From contig WELB01000006.1 in assembly GCA_009602725.1 (NCBI GenBank), forward strand, positions 191,760 to 233,620: a stretch of 41,861 bases of DNA, in the 5' to 3' direction. Position numbers and translations under genes: made by a program. Positions 16,001-27,476 of the stretch are shown piece after piece. Origin of the DNA: Spirogloea muscicola (Eukaryota). The notes under the pieces were generated by a model. The model worked only from the letters and a program-made list of their open reading frames with translations, did not search any database and was not told the origin of the DNA. Position 1 is the stretch's first letter, and every line of letters begins with the position of its first letter.

Positions 16001-18445
16001 ATACTCTTAGGAGCAAGCATTGTGGCTTACTACTCTGTGACTTAGTGAATGTCAGGCTAATACACATGATTCTTTCTCTTAGCTCAGTACAGGCAGTGAC
16101 TGCCGTCCAACGACACTCTTTTGTCATGCTCAGGGCATCATGTGACTCGTCTGTGTGCAGATTGAGGAGCTGCAAGCCAGGTGCTTGGCTCAGGAGAGGG
16201 AGCTAGCCCAGTCTCGAGCAGAGGCAGGCAGGCAGGTGCAGCAGGCAGTGACCGTTGCAGGGGAGGAGTTTGCCAAAGCAGCTGCAGCGAAGGAGGTCAT
16301 CAAGTCCCTCTCTCTGCAGGTCGGCACTCTTTCGCAGCCCTCTTTCTTGGATGGGCTTCTGCTGTATATGGTCGTTCAGAAGCAATGCATTAGCAGAGAC
16401 CTCAGCTCCTTTGATTCTGACATCAACTTGGAATGTAATTCAGTCTAAGATTTCCAAGTCCTTACTTCTACACAAGTATGTCTGCTTGCCTTTCTGGACT
16501 CAGGCAGTCAAGCAGTCTTGTCAAGCAGCACAAGTCGTATTTATTCATTCATCTGCGGTGTTAGTACTTCCTTAAGCAGGCTCATCAGCTTTGACGTCAA
16601 TGTCCGCTGATATGTCGTTGTGTTTGACGATGACGTTCGGCAAAGGGCTCAGTATTGACACAAGCTCCTCCTGTACTGCAGTTGAAGGAGGTAATGGAGA
16701 GGCTGCCAGAGGGCGCTCTGCGCGGCATGAAGATGTTACCGAGTGCCTCGCTGAATGGCACGGTCCCTTACCCCGTGGAAGACTCCATTCCCAGCCCAAA
16801 GCCTCCTTCGGAGGACGCCAACATGAGTGTGAGAGCAGGTCACGACTCTGTTGTCTGGGGCGCTGATGACAGAACGACGGCTGGCACTGAAGCCCTGGAG
16901 GACTCCCTCCTGACTGCCTCCATGGCTGAGGCTACTCGCACGACACAGGCCAGGAAGGCGCAAGTGGCAGCAGACATGGGGCCGGCAGCACCTCCGTTCT
17001 GGCCGGGCATGCAGATGTTGCTGGCTACAGCGGTAGCTCGACCACCCAGCATGATCGTGTCAGCAGTTGACGCCAGTGAAGTCGATGTTTCCAGCACGTC
17101 GGGAAGTTTCTTAGGTAAGCCCGTACATTAGATAGGATACAGAAGCGGAGCAAAAGGGAGATAGAGACTTGGGCGAGTGACCGAGGGTAGTGTGCAGAAC
17201 TCGAAGCTCTGCATGAGAATGAAACACTCACGTCCCGTACTCTTGGCACTCGAACTCAGTGCCAACGAATTCAACCATGTGGGAGTTTCTTTGCTTAGCA
17301 TGGATGGCGCAGTGGACAGACTGTGGTCACTTTACAGTGTAGTCGGCTGTACCTGATTTCCAATAGCAACAGGTCTGACTGCAATAAAACGTTGATGTAT
17401 CATGACTTTGTTCGCAGGCCTTCCTTCTCAAGGGAGGAGTCGTCCTAGACCAAGTCTTCCACCATCTCTGAGTCGGCCTGCAATGGATAGGTGAGAGACG
17501 TGCAATGAGAGAGCGTCATTTTCTCTGCATGGAGCAGCACACCTTGCTCAGCTGCCTCGGTGCCAAGTCTTATAATGCATATCTCTCAGTCATCCATTGA
17601 TGAGAAAGTGTTGTGCCACAGCTCCAGTAACGGCTTCTCTGCAAAAGAGGGAGACGAGGGCCTGCCTGAGGATGTAGGCGAGCCATGCGTGAAACGAAGT
17701 GGGAGGGCGGAGCGAGAGGTGAAGGCAGGAGCCGAGGGGGAGTGGGTTGAGCAGGTTGAGCAGGGCGTCTTCATCACGCTCCAGTCGCTGCCCTTACAAC
17801 AAGGCACGGAACTGCGAAGGGTTCGCTTCAGGTAAGATGTCAGGCCTTCTGGCCATGCAAATTCTCACCATTGCAGGTGCTGTCTGCTAAGTGTGATAGA
17901 ATCTGACCTGCTTTATTAAGGCGCACAGGAAGAAAGATCACGTAAGCAGACACAAGATGCAGATGATGATGTATGTGGTGTCATTGCAAATTCCATACGT
18001 GCCAAGATTGTTAATTGCTCACAGCTCACAGTAGCTAAGTGAACCCCACTCAAGTGTCAGAGCTGATGCCGTAGTCATGGGACACAAATCGACTGAAAGT
18101 TCACCGTGTGCCTGCTTGACCAGTCGGAAGCTCTTCAGTGAGCGTCAGGCTGAGGCCTGGTGGACGGAGAACCGGCTCAGAGTCCACGAGCTCTACTGCA
18201 TCCGGTCTGCGGGCTCGACCTCGTCACAGACTTCGGACCTCTCACAAGGGAGCACTTTCCGGCCTCAGTCCAGCCTCAGGCCACTCGCTGGGGAGCTCCT
18301 GTCCCCCTCTACCTCTGTACCTCCTCCCATGGCCTCCTCTGGTAACATCATAACCACTGCAATATTTTCTCTGCCTTCGCCTTCAGCTGGACAGACCAGT
18401 GAAAGACGAGCTGCTTTCGCTCCAGACATGGACAAGGCAAGATAA
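10075..18445 (+). CDS. PRAF: PH, RCC1, FYVE and BRX domain protein (PRAF/RLD family)
   Basis: Exons: 10075-10164, 10443-10529, 10655-10744, 10961-11047, 11206-11403, 11656-12417, 12576-12683, 12878-13143, 13323-13489, 13693-13926, 14111-14307, 14564-14739, 14929-15098, about 15362-15930, 16161-16319, 16682-17114, 17418-17490, 17622-17831, 18124-18445. PH domain: [28 protein letters not shown]...YQSFSLIY...[19 protein letters not shown]1 repeats: [72 protein letters not shown]...[48 protein letters not shown]...[24 protein letters not shown]. The exon 14 acceptor and the last-exon end are less certain. Confidence 0.94.
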
Positions 18446-19269
18446 CCTTCTGACGACTAGTGCTTCTTCCCAAGCTCTCCCTGTGCCCCACCTGTACTGC
18501 TTCAGTACTCCTTAGGCCCCTATCGTCTGCAACACATTCTTCAAGGGCGCGACTTACCGTGCTCAAGGTTGTGCCATGCCCTTTACCCTGGCTTTATCAT
18601 CCTAGACTCTCGCCAGGCTGTGGAGCGGTGGCCCAGATCGTTGTGCCACAACCAGGTGACTAGTACAACACACTTGGTACTTAATACCGGGATCATTTAT
18701 ATTTCTAGCCCTCCATTCATGTCAAAATTGTTGGAGTCATGTGCCAGATGTCTTTCTGAGGGTGACAATACGAGTCTTTGGGGCTGCTATATGTATGTAT
18801 GGCGTGCTATGGTATTCAAAATGACAGGCATGGTTTAAGCCTCAATAACACAAAAGGTGGGAGACTCAGTGCTTGTTTCTGTACTTCCCGAGGCCGAGAT
18901 CTTAGCATGGAAAGTAGTCATGAGGAGGTCGAAGTACACGTTGAGCTTGTCTCCCAACAGCTTGTATAAGGTCATCGCTGTTGCTACCTGAGAGTGCTTG
19001 ATGGGTAGATCTTGAAAGCGTCATTTTCCTTAATGTCAACTTCTCGGTTCAAACAATTGGCCCCGTAAGTCTCTGAAGTATATGTAGCAGCCCGAGTTTG
19101 GACGGCAGTCCGTTTCAGCTTGGAGCAATTCCAACCTCTTCTGAAGCTCGGCTGCTAGCTGGGAGGTGGCACTGTCGCCAGACCCGCTGCTCTTGCAGCA
19201 GCAGTTGTTTTCCAATGGAAGATAACTGCCGATAGACAGATTCTGTAGATGTCTGCAGTGCAACCATCA

Positions 19270-19670
19270 CGAGACAGGGAGGCTATGCAGTGCAATTTTG
19301 CGACGGTATACCCAAGATGGCTGCACGGCCTTGCTAATGCAGCTGAGCATCGAGTGCCACTGTAATCTTGCAGGCCCAATCTTGTTCGGACTCGGAGTTT
19401 GTGGGGTGTGTGGCCCAACGTGCGGCAACCTGCGTCCGGTTAGCCAGTCCACAACTCCGCCTCTCGGCTGAGTCATCAGTGAGCTTCGGCCAAGAGGTCC
19501 ACACGGCCGTGTCAAGAGGGTCACGGCTGGGAATGGCCAGCGCGGGCAGAGTGCGGAGATGGGGCGGGACGGTGCCAGCAGAGAAGGCCGGCGCAGCTGT
19601 ACAAGCAGGCTTCAGCGGACGTATACGCCACCCTGAGGAATTGCTAGACAAGGGTGGTCAGCCTGACTAG
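19270..19670 (-). pseudogene. Decayed post-RT (thumb) region of a CRE-like element
   Basis: Across a frameshift: CLAIPQGG-xIRPLKPACTAAPAFSAG (similar to LPxxxGGLGIR...APAFLAS), later KITVALDAQLH and IASLSRDG. Confidence 0.45.
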
Positions 19671-19819
19671 GGGCCGGACGCGCCGGTGCAGGAGGATATG
19701 CCCTTTGGGGTGAGCGCCTGAGACGGCAGCCACCGCCCGACGAGCTGCGAAGGTGTTTGGGAATGGAGGCTAGCGAGCGACGAGACGGCCGGACGCAGAT
19801 CGAGGGCTGGGTGCTCGCC

Positions 19820-20035
19820 CGCTCGCCGGGCCTGCCGCCGCGGTGGGCAGGCGCGGCGGGTGCTGAGGAGCTCCCAGCCGCCACAGCTTGCTCTTGGTGT
19901 CTCTGACCTGCGGCTGCTCACTAGTTGACACGTCAGTGGCCACTTGAATCGCTATGTGCTTCAGCGCTCCCAGGCCCTTCGAAGGTTTTGGCCAATCACA
20001 ACCATCGACCTCATAGAAGAGTCTTTCTCTTTCAA
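19820..20035 (+). mobile_element. Divergent CRE-like 3' end
   Basis: Reads ...QLALGVSDLRLLTS* (stop near 19926-19928), like SLSDLRLLTRNY*. It ends in TC-rich gtctttctctttc. Confidence 0.5.
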
Positions 20036-20042
20036 TCTCTCT

Positions 20043-20260
20043 CCGAAGAGAAGGCGCGCGGGGCGCATGAATTGAAAGGGAGGCCAATTCAAGCCAATAC
20101 ATTGTTCAGGCAGAGTCGAGTGCAGACTAAACAATGCTACATAATACGGAGACCTAATCTAAGGTACCTAAGATGACATTAGTACCCACGGGTGAGCACA
20201 AACAAATCTGACAAGCTAACTTGGGGAGCTGGAGCGCCGCCACGAAAGCCGGAAAAGCTC
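20043..20260 (-). mobile_element. CRE-like 3' end (TC-tail subfamily)
   Basis: GFRGGAPAPQVSLSDLFVLTRGY*, then a UTR ending ggcctccctttcaattcatgcgccccgcgcgccttctct. The same terminus occurs at 28480-28530, 28882-28936 and 38830-38912. Confidence 0.85.
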
Positions 20261-20264
20261 TTTC

Positions 20265-20733
20265 AAGTGCGCTTCTTGGCTTATGTGTTCGTCCCCCTGG
20301 CTGTGGACGTGCACGGGGCTCTCGGGTCCCAGTGGCTCGACCTGCTGGCCAGGCTTGCGCGGCGCGCTGTGTCCCGCAGGCGCGGGTGAGCCGGCGGACT
20401 TCAACGCCGCTGGCTCGTGGGCTCAAGTCTATCGTATGAGATTGTCCGTATCCCTTCAGCGGTCCATGGCCCACGCTCTGCATCTGCGTGCTGGCCGTGC
20501 TCTCGCTGCGGCCTCCGGCTGTCGTCAGGGGGATAGTTTTCCGGCAGCTAGTCTGTCGGATCTGAGGCTCCTCACTCGTAACTACTGAGTGATCCATCCT
20601 CCCCCTGTTCTGACATAGCATCTTCAGGCCCCTTTGTAGCTGCTACACGCTTGTAGGCCCTTCCGAACCTTTGTCAATTCTTTTTGGGCTGGCTTTTCGC
20701 AGCCCTTGCCCCCATTGGGAGTGCCACTTCTTC
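20265..20733 (+). mobile_element. Best-preserved CRE-like 3' end: RLE C-terminus, stop, 3' UTR and TTC tail
   Basis: YVFVPLAVDVHGALGSQWLDLLARLARRAVSRRRG/EPADFNAAGSWAQVYRMRLSVSLQRSMAHALHLRAGRALAAASGCRQGDSFPAASLSDLRLLTRNY* (one extra G near 20384; stop 20586-20588). Hairpin at 20686-20705. Terminal CATTGGGAGTGCCACTTCTTC. Confidence 0.88.
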
Positions 20734-20781
20734 AATGACAAAGGTTCGGAGGGGCCTACAAGCGTGTAACAGCTACAAACA

Positions 20782-21424
20782 GGAAGCGCGGCCAGATTGA
20801 CTGGTGGCTTGGAAAGGCAAGCCCAAAGGAATGGACAAGGTCTGAATGAGCGAGTGCGAAGGACTAGGACTAAGACATCAGCCAGGGGACGCTCAGTAAC
20901 CTCATTGGGAGTGCCACTTCTTCTTGGCCCCCTTCGGACCTTGTGTCAACTATTTCGGGCTGGCAGTTGTTCACAGCCCTTGCCCGCCTTTGCACCAGAA
21001 AGCTGGGCGAGCTCTAGTTGGTGGCAGAAGGGCTTCGTATCTGACATCTAGTACTCATGCATCGATTAGCGACCTTTATGGTTTGACCCGTGGTTACCGA
21101 GCGGATCAATCTGCTGTAGGTTATGTAGATCTTCAGATGTGCTTGCCTTTGTACTTGGCCATTGGCCTACGTTTGTTTCAAATACACTAAAGTTTTATTT
21201 GGGCGAGCCACTTGTTTTCGGGCGACGTCTAGAGGGCGACGTCTTCCCGCCCTCTAGCTATTCTGACCTGCACTTGCTGACTAGAGGTTACTGAGAGCCT
21301 CCTTGTCGTCTTAGCACTTAGTCCCCTGCTTTCTGCGCCATTCGGCTCCTCTTGACCTTGTCCATTTTTTTTTTTTTTGGGGGCTGGCTTCTCCCAGCCA
21401 CCAGTCAATTCGGCCGCGCTTTTC
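20782..21424. mobile_element. Stack of at least four further CRE-like 3' ends in both orientations
   Basis: 20782-20902 (-): RGY* plus GGCTTG/CAAGCC hairpin. 20902-20985 (+): terminal motif and UTR pieces. 20985-21219 (+): LHQKAGRALVGG...ASISDLYGLTRGY, the reverse complement of 29075-29272. 21250-21424 (+): SSYSDLHLLTRGY* plus hairpin and ccagtcaattcggccgcgcttttc. Confidence 0.82.
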
Positions 21425-22202
21425 NNNNNNNNNNNNNNNNNNNNNNNNNNNNNNNNNNNNNNNNNNNNNNNNNNNNNNNNNNNNNNNNNNNNNNNNNNNN
21501 NNNNNNNNNNNNNNNNNNNNNNNNNNNNNNNNNNNNNNNNNNNNNNNNNNNNNNNNNNNNNNNNNNNNNNNNNNNNNNNNNNNNNNNNNNNNNNNNNNNN
21601 NNNNNNNNNNNNNNNNNNNNNNNNNNNNNNNNNNNNNNNNNNNNNNNNNNNNNNNNNNNNNNNNNNNNNNNNNNNNNNNNNNNNNNNNNNNNNNNNNNNN
21701 NNNNNNNNNNNNNNNNNNNNNNNNNNNNNNNNNNNNNNNNNNNNNNNNNNNNNNNNNNNNNNNNNNNNNNNNNNNNNNNNNNNNNNNNNNNNNNNNNNNN
21801 NNNNNNNNNNNNNNNNNNNNNNNNNNNNNNNNNNNNNNNNNNNNNNNNNNNNNNNNNNNNNNNNNNNNNNNNNNNNNNNNNNNNNNNNNNNNNNNNNNNN
21901 NNNNNNNNNNNNNNNNNNNNNNNNNNNNNNNNNNNNNNNNNNNNNNNNNNNNNNNNNNNNNNNNNNNNNNNNNNNNNNNNNNNNNNNNNNNNNNNNNNNN
22001 NNNNNNNNNNNNNNNNNNNNNNNNNNNNNNNNNNNNNNNNNNNNNNNNNNNNNNNNNNNNNNNNNNNNNNNNNNNNNNNNNNNNNNNNNNNNNNNNNNNN
22101 NNNNNNNNNNNNNNNNNNNNNNNNNNNNNNNNNNNNNNNNNNNNNNNNNNNNNNNNNNNNNNNNNNNNNNNNNNNNNNNNNNNNNNNNNNNNNNNNNNNN
22201 NN
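21425..22202. other. Assembly gap upstream of the kinase gene
   Basis: Run of N followed by very GC-rich sequence. Confidence 0.99.
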
Positions 22203-23002
22203 GCGCGCGCCCGCTCAGCGGCGGCGCGCGCCACGGCGGGGTCCCCGGGCAAGATGGGCAGCTCCCGCCGCTTCGTCGAGGGCCGCCGCGGCCGCGGCCA
22301 GGTTCGAATCCCCGTCTCGTCATTCATTTTCCGCTGTCTTTTGCCTCCTCGTCCTGGCTGGCCTCTCGGCGGCACTGGCAGCGGCGGCCATGCCGGCAGC
22401 TCCGCAGCAGCTCTCTCTGCGCCGCGCGGCCTCGGGCGGGAGCTCTGGCTGCAGCCACAGGGCCCCTCCTCACCGAAGAAGCTGATGCCCGCCGGTCCAG
22501 CTCAGTCAGTCTTGCTCGAGGTCGCCGAGGCATGCTCGGTTGCCGCCTACTCCCTCTCTCGAGGTCACAGCGGGAGCGCTGGTGGAGCTGGCAAAGTAGT
22601 GGGCAATCAGCTTCTGAAGCTCCAGGTGTTGCCCTCGCAATTGGGTGCCAAATTAGGAGCGAGGGCGTTCCCGTGCAAGCAGGAGAAGGTGGTGTGGGGG
22701 GGGCTGATTTCAGAGGAGTTTTGAGTGGTTGACACAACGGCAGGGGAGCTGAGCCGGTGCTGCATGGCAGATTCCGGTTGTCCACTGGAGCAAGAGCTCC
22801 TGCAGAAGGACTATGTGTCCTGATGTTGTGGCAAGCAGCAGCAAAGTGAAGCTCCGACTTAGTGGACCAGGCTGGCCGCTGCGCTGGACTGAACGCAGTC
22901 ACCTTGACAGGAGGCAAGACAGATCTGACAGGGAAGACTCTGTTGCTATGGAGGCGTGGAGAGATTCTGACGACGGTCGCGCGGCGTCTTGTGGCGGTGC
23001 AG

Positions 23003-26000
23003 CAGTACTGCGTGAAGCAGTCCCTGTGCGAGGCGGTGGTGAAGCAGGTCGTGGAGCGCTGCCGTGCCGCCGGCCTCAGCGAGCATGTCGTGGAGGATGT
23101 CCAGAAGCACTTTGCTCGCCTTCCTGCCAGGTGCGCGCACACATAGAGCAACACCTCTTCGAGAACATTCTTGTCACTGGTCGCATGCTGCTCCCTTGAT
23201 CAGTCAACAATTGTGACAGCCCCATCAGCAACTGGTAACAAAGTGTGGCCGTTGAGCATGGGTGATCATTTTGATGCTCAAATGGTGGCGAGAACATGGC
23301 CAGAGCAGTTGCCATGGGCGAGGGCTTTCAATGATGGCAGGTTTTCGAGGACTGGGCAATGACACTGATTGCTGGCAGCCGACTGGTGGACCCCTTGTTG
23401 TACTCGACGCACTCGATGCAATCGGTGAACGAGTCCAAGGGCATCAGGAGTCTCACATGGGTTCCGTCGGGGACTTAGCCTTAGCGCCGGCTGTTCCATG
23501 TGCCCTGCAGATACGCGCTGAACATTGACCCGCAGCGGTACGAGGACTTGCTGCTGCACATGCGCCTCATGGCGGAGGCGCGGGAGGCCCAGAACGTGGC
23601 CGCCCACAGCCATGGCGGTACGGGGGACGAGGCTTACGTGCTGCCCTGCGTCCACGTGCGGCGGGTGGCCCTCGTTGTACCTGCCATCGGCTCCGGGACG
23701 AGCCCGCGGACTGGATGGCCCATCCGGACGGCGGAGCTGGATGATGACGGCGACTTGAGCATGGGGAGCGTGAGCAGCCGTATGGGGAGCGCTGATGCTA
23801 GCCGCGGCGGCGGCGGCAGCCGGCAGGGCATCCCGATCCCGGGCCTGCCCAGGCCGGCCTTTGGGTCCGGCACCAACCTGTCGGCCATGGGTGCGAGCGG
23901 CGGCAGCCCGCGCGTCGGCTCGCTGCCGCGCTCGTACCCGCGGTCCTCCTCCTACGGCCGCCTCACGCCGCTGCAGTCCAGGAATACGCCGCCGGGCCTG
24001 CGGGACATGTCGCCAGGCCGGCCGCGGCTCCCTCGGCCGGCCTTCGGTGGCTCGTACACCAACCTTGCCGAGATGGGCGAGGACGACGCGCCGCGCACAA
24101 GCCACTGGGAGATTACGGTTGCCACCGCTGACATCCACGGCCTCCTCAAGTATCTCACCTCTGTCTTGAGCAACTCGTCGCTCGAGCTTGATATCAAGGT
24201 GCACGTCATGCCAAAGCTCCATCCAACCTCTTATCATCACCAAGTTGTAGTTGATCTGCATGCCCTTCCAATACTGTAGTCTTCCTTGTGTCTGGCATGC
24301 CTGATGACAGTCCATCGTGGTTGTCGTATCTCATCTTCACTCTCTGTGTGAAATAGGAGAGTGAGGATCTATCAGTTGCTATATTCATGGTGTCTGCAAT
24401 GAGATGGCTCACCATTTTTTTTTGGATATTTATCTGCAGGAAGCTCATGTATTCAGCTCCATAGATAGCATGGCTCTGGAGGTGTTTGTGGTGGAAGGTT
24501 GGAGCGGCGATGATGTGAGTGCTTGCTTGAGCACCACAAGTTGCTTCAATGTCTTGCTTAGTCGATGGAAGCTCATATCAAGGTGCATGAATTGAATTAT
24601 ATGGGCATCATCTGACTCTTCCTTTCAAGGTCCACATGTATACAGTCCAAAGGGGCTTTACTTAGCACGTATTGTCTGCGATCTGCATACTTACAGTAAG
24701 CTCCTCTTTTCCAAGCAGCCTGAAGAGCTTCAACAAGCAGTGCTAGCGGCGGTAGTGGACAAGCTTCATGGCAAGGACTTTGGGGCACCTTTTCAGCTGT
24801 CCGAGGAATTCCAGATGCAGAGCCTGCGAGCAGCTGCTGAAGCCATTCAGTACGAGGATTGGGCTGTCAACTTTCAGGATGTGAGTGACCTCCTTGAAGG
24901 GCTAACATTAACTGCTGCAATCTGCTAGTCTGCGTGTGCTCAGTCATCATATGCGTGGGATGAGCAAGTGATGCATTGCACTTGCTGCTGAATATATTGA
25001 GCTCTTACTAAGTCAGGGTGTCCCCCTCATCTTAGTTGCAGCTGGAACTGGGCAGCCGACTTGGGGGTGGATCTTCCGGGCGCCTGTATCGAGCGAAGTA
25101 CCGGGGCCAGGATGTGGCTGTCAAGGTCATCATGCTCGCGGATGGCTCCTTGGAAGGGATCTCCGGTTCTCTGCGGCCTGCTCCTGGCTCGGAGCTTCTG
25201 CAGATGTTCAAGCAGGAAGTGGCAATAATGAGGTGAATATCTTCTGCTTTTGAGGTCTAGGCATCTAGGTGCAGATAGGAGTTGCATTCTTGCACACACA
25301 AGAGCCTTGGTAAAGCTGGCGGCTTGTTGGGCTCGGTGGCGGTGAGCTCCATGTCTGTTGCTCTGGCCTTGGTGTTGATGGGCGAGTGTGCTATGCTGAT
25401 GGGCCAGGATTGTTCGCCACAAGAACCTCATCCAGTTCATCGGAGCCTGCCTATGCTGGCCTCGCCTGTGCATTGTGACCGAGCTCATGGCGGGCGGCAG
25501 GTTGTTGTTCATAACTGAGCTTGCCAATCACAGTTGGACATATAACGCTTGGCTTGTTTGTAGAATCTACGCAGTACACTTTGAGTAGCATGATATTCTC
25601 CTTCCTTTGCTGTATCTGCTGAGGCTACTTATTGCTGCAGTTATATGAGCTTGGTCTGACAGTGGCAATTCTCTGGGCAGTGTGAGGGACATGATGCAGA
25701 ACAAAGGAGGGGGCCTTGAGCCGCTCGCCGCCCTCAAGGTGCTGAGGGACGCTGCAAGGGGCATGGATTTCCTACACAGGTCCGTGCTGCTCACGCCCTC
25801 CCACTTGTGCAAGTCCTCGTGAGTCAGCACGCGTCTGTGTAAGAATTCATGGTAGAACCTCGGATTGTTGGGTTTAGGGAGCTTAGCCCAGGATGCCATT
25901 TGCTTGAGACCTTTGAGGTCCTGTGGCTAGATTGCCAAGCAAAGGCCTCCCTGCCTCCAGGTGCACTACTGAGGACCCTCTCTGTAATCAACGATACAAA

Positions 26001-27476
26001 GAGGATCAGTATGACTGTTGGGACTAGGATTTGTTCTCATGGACCTTGTGGCGGCCCTCCTTGCAGACGAGGAGTTGTCCACCGAGATCTCAAGGCAGCT
26101 AATCTCCTGATTGATGAGCATGATGTAAGTCCTCCTTGATTGCTATATTTCTCTTTGCCGTGTCTATTGCTTATAATGGTAGGCAAACATGTGTTACTTT
26201 CCGACCCCGGCATTTGGCAGTGCTGTTTGGGCGTAGTAATGGTTCTGCACAGATCATAGAAAAAGAGCTCAAGAGTAAGAGCGCCTCAGTATGTACATGA
26301 CAGGGGTGTATGCTGTGTCTTAAAGCACATCTCGGCTGCCATATGTCACTCACTGTGTATCATCATTTCGACCTGTGGACTTGCCAACTGCAATGCAGGT
26401 AGTCAAGGTGTGTGACTTTGGTGTGGCACGGATGAAGCCCGGCGGCGGGCCTGGTGAGGCGGCAGGAGAAGCATCCGAGATGACGGCCGAGACGGGCACA
26501 TACCGTTGGATGGCCCCTGAGGTGAGACTTGCATCTAATGACATCTATGCATCAGCCTAGCGCTGGTCACCCTTGCAGACAAGTCACAGCTTAAACTGTG
26601 CGTAACCTTGCTAACAGTTTCTCTTATCTATGTTGTGCTGTTTGGCATGTATGGCTGTTTACCTGTCATACAGGTACAGGATTTCCACGAGTTTGCCTCA
26701 CACTACTGACTTTGCTTCGTCTGTAGGTGCTGGAGCACTGCCCATACGATCACAGAGTCGATGTGTACTCCTTTGGCATCATGATCTGGGAGATCCTGAC
26801 TGGGGACATCCCATACGCGGGCCTCACGCCTCTGCAAGCGGCTATCGGGGTTGTTCAAAGGTGTGATGGCAGTGTGGCAAGGGAGTGGAGATAATCAACT
26901 AGCTGTTATGCTCATGCGCAGCCAGGTGCTAGCAGGTGCCAGCAGCTAAGTGGAACTCAACACTAGCAGCCGTTGAATACTCACGAAGTTACTTGACCTT
27001 GCAGACAACTGCGTCCCGTCATGCCGACGACTGCCCCACCCAAGCTGAAGGAGCTTGCTCAGCGGTGCTGGAGTACAAATCCTGCTGATAGGCCCGAGTT
27101 TGACGAGGTACGCGTCAGTGGTCATTGACCTCTTTTCCTGTCGATGGCAGCCATCTTGCTCCATAAGATCAAAGAGCAAGTGGGTATAATGCTGTTTGCT
27201 AACCAATAGATTGACACTCTCTTGCGCGGAGTCATGCTCGCTGCCGACGCTGCCGTCATGCTCTGCATTGACGACATTGTATTGTATCTGAGGCTGACGG
27301 TTGAGATGCTAACTTACACTTATTAGGGGTTGTTAGACTCAGAAAGGTGATGGACGATTGTGCCGTCTTTCTCAAGTGTGCAGATCTTGGCGATTTTGGA
27401 GGACTGCATGAAGCCGGCAGTGATGTGGAAGAAGGGCCTGTTTGGAGTGAAGAAGAAGACTTTGACCAACCTGTAA
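23003..27476 (+). CDS. ACT-domain Raf-like Ser/Thr/Tyr protein kinase (STY8/STY17/STY46 family); first coding exon uncertain
   Basis: Exons: about 23003-23130, 23511-24198, 24440-24514, 24719-24880, 25042-25232, 25408-25500, 25681-25779, 26067-26124, 26399-26521, 26727-26860, 27005-27107, 27384-27476 (TAA). N-terminal [13 protein letters not shown]...EDLLLH. ACT domain [10 protein letters not shown]...[25 protein letters not shown]. Kinase motifs [69 protein letters not shown] and [12 protein letters not shown] possible first exon MPAGPAQSVLLE lies near 22485-22520. Confidence 0.93.

Noticed and set aside
20038..20052. TCTC-TTCG-GAGA (UUCG tetraloop) at a tail-to-tail junction on the minus strand
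   Set aside because: It arises easily where TC-rich and GA-rich tails meet, and it is not conserved at the other junctions.
20640..20733. 3'-terminal module as an HDV-like or hammerhead ribozyme, or a histone stem-loop
   Set aside because: I could not build the HDV nested pseudoknot or find CUGANGA/GAAA cores. GGCCCTTTCAGACC-type boxes do not form the 6-bp histone stem.
21229..22732. Long ORFs of 350-450 aa in the ORF track (also 9061-9625)
   Set aside because: They are artefacts of translating through N runs.
23278..24315. 345-aa minus-strand ORF
   Set aside because: It is the antisense shadow of the GC-rich kinase exon and has no recognisable motif.
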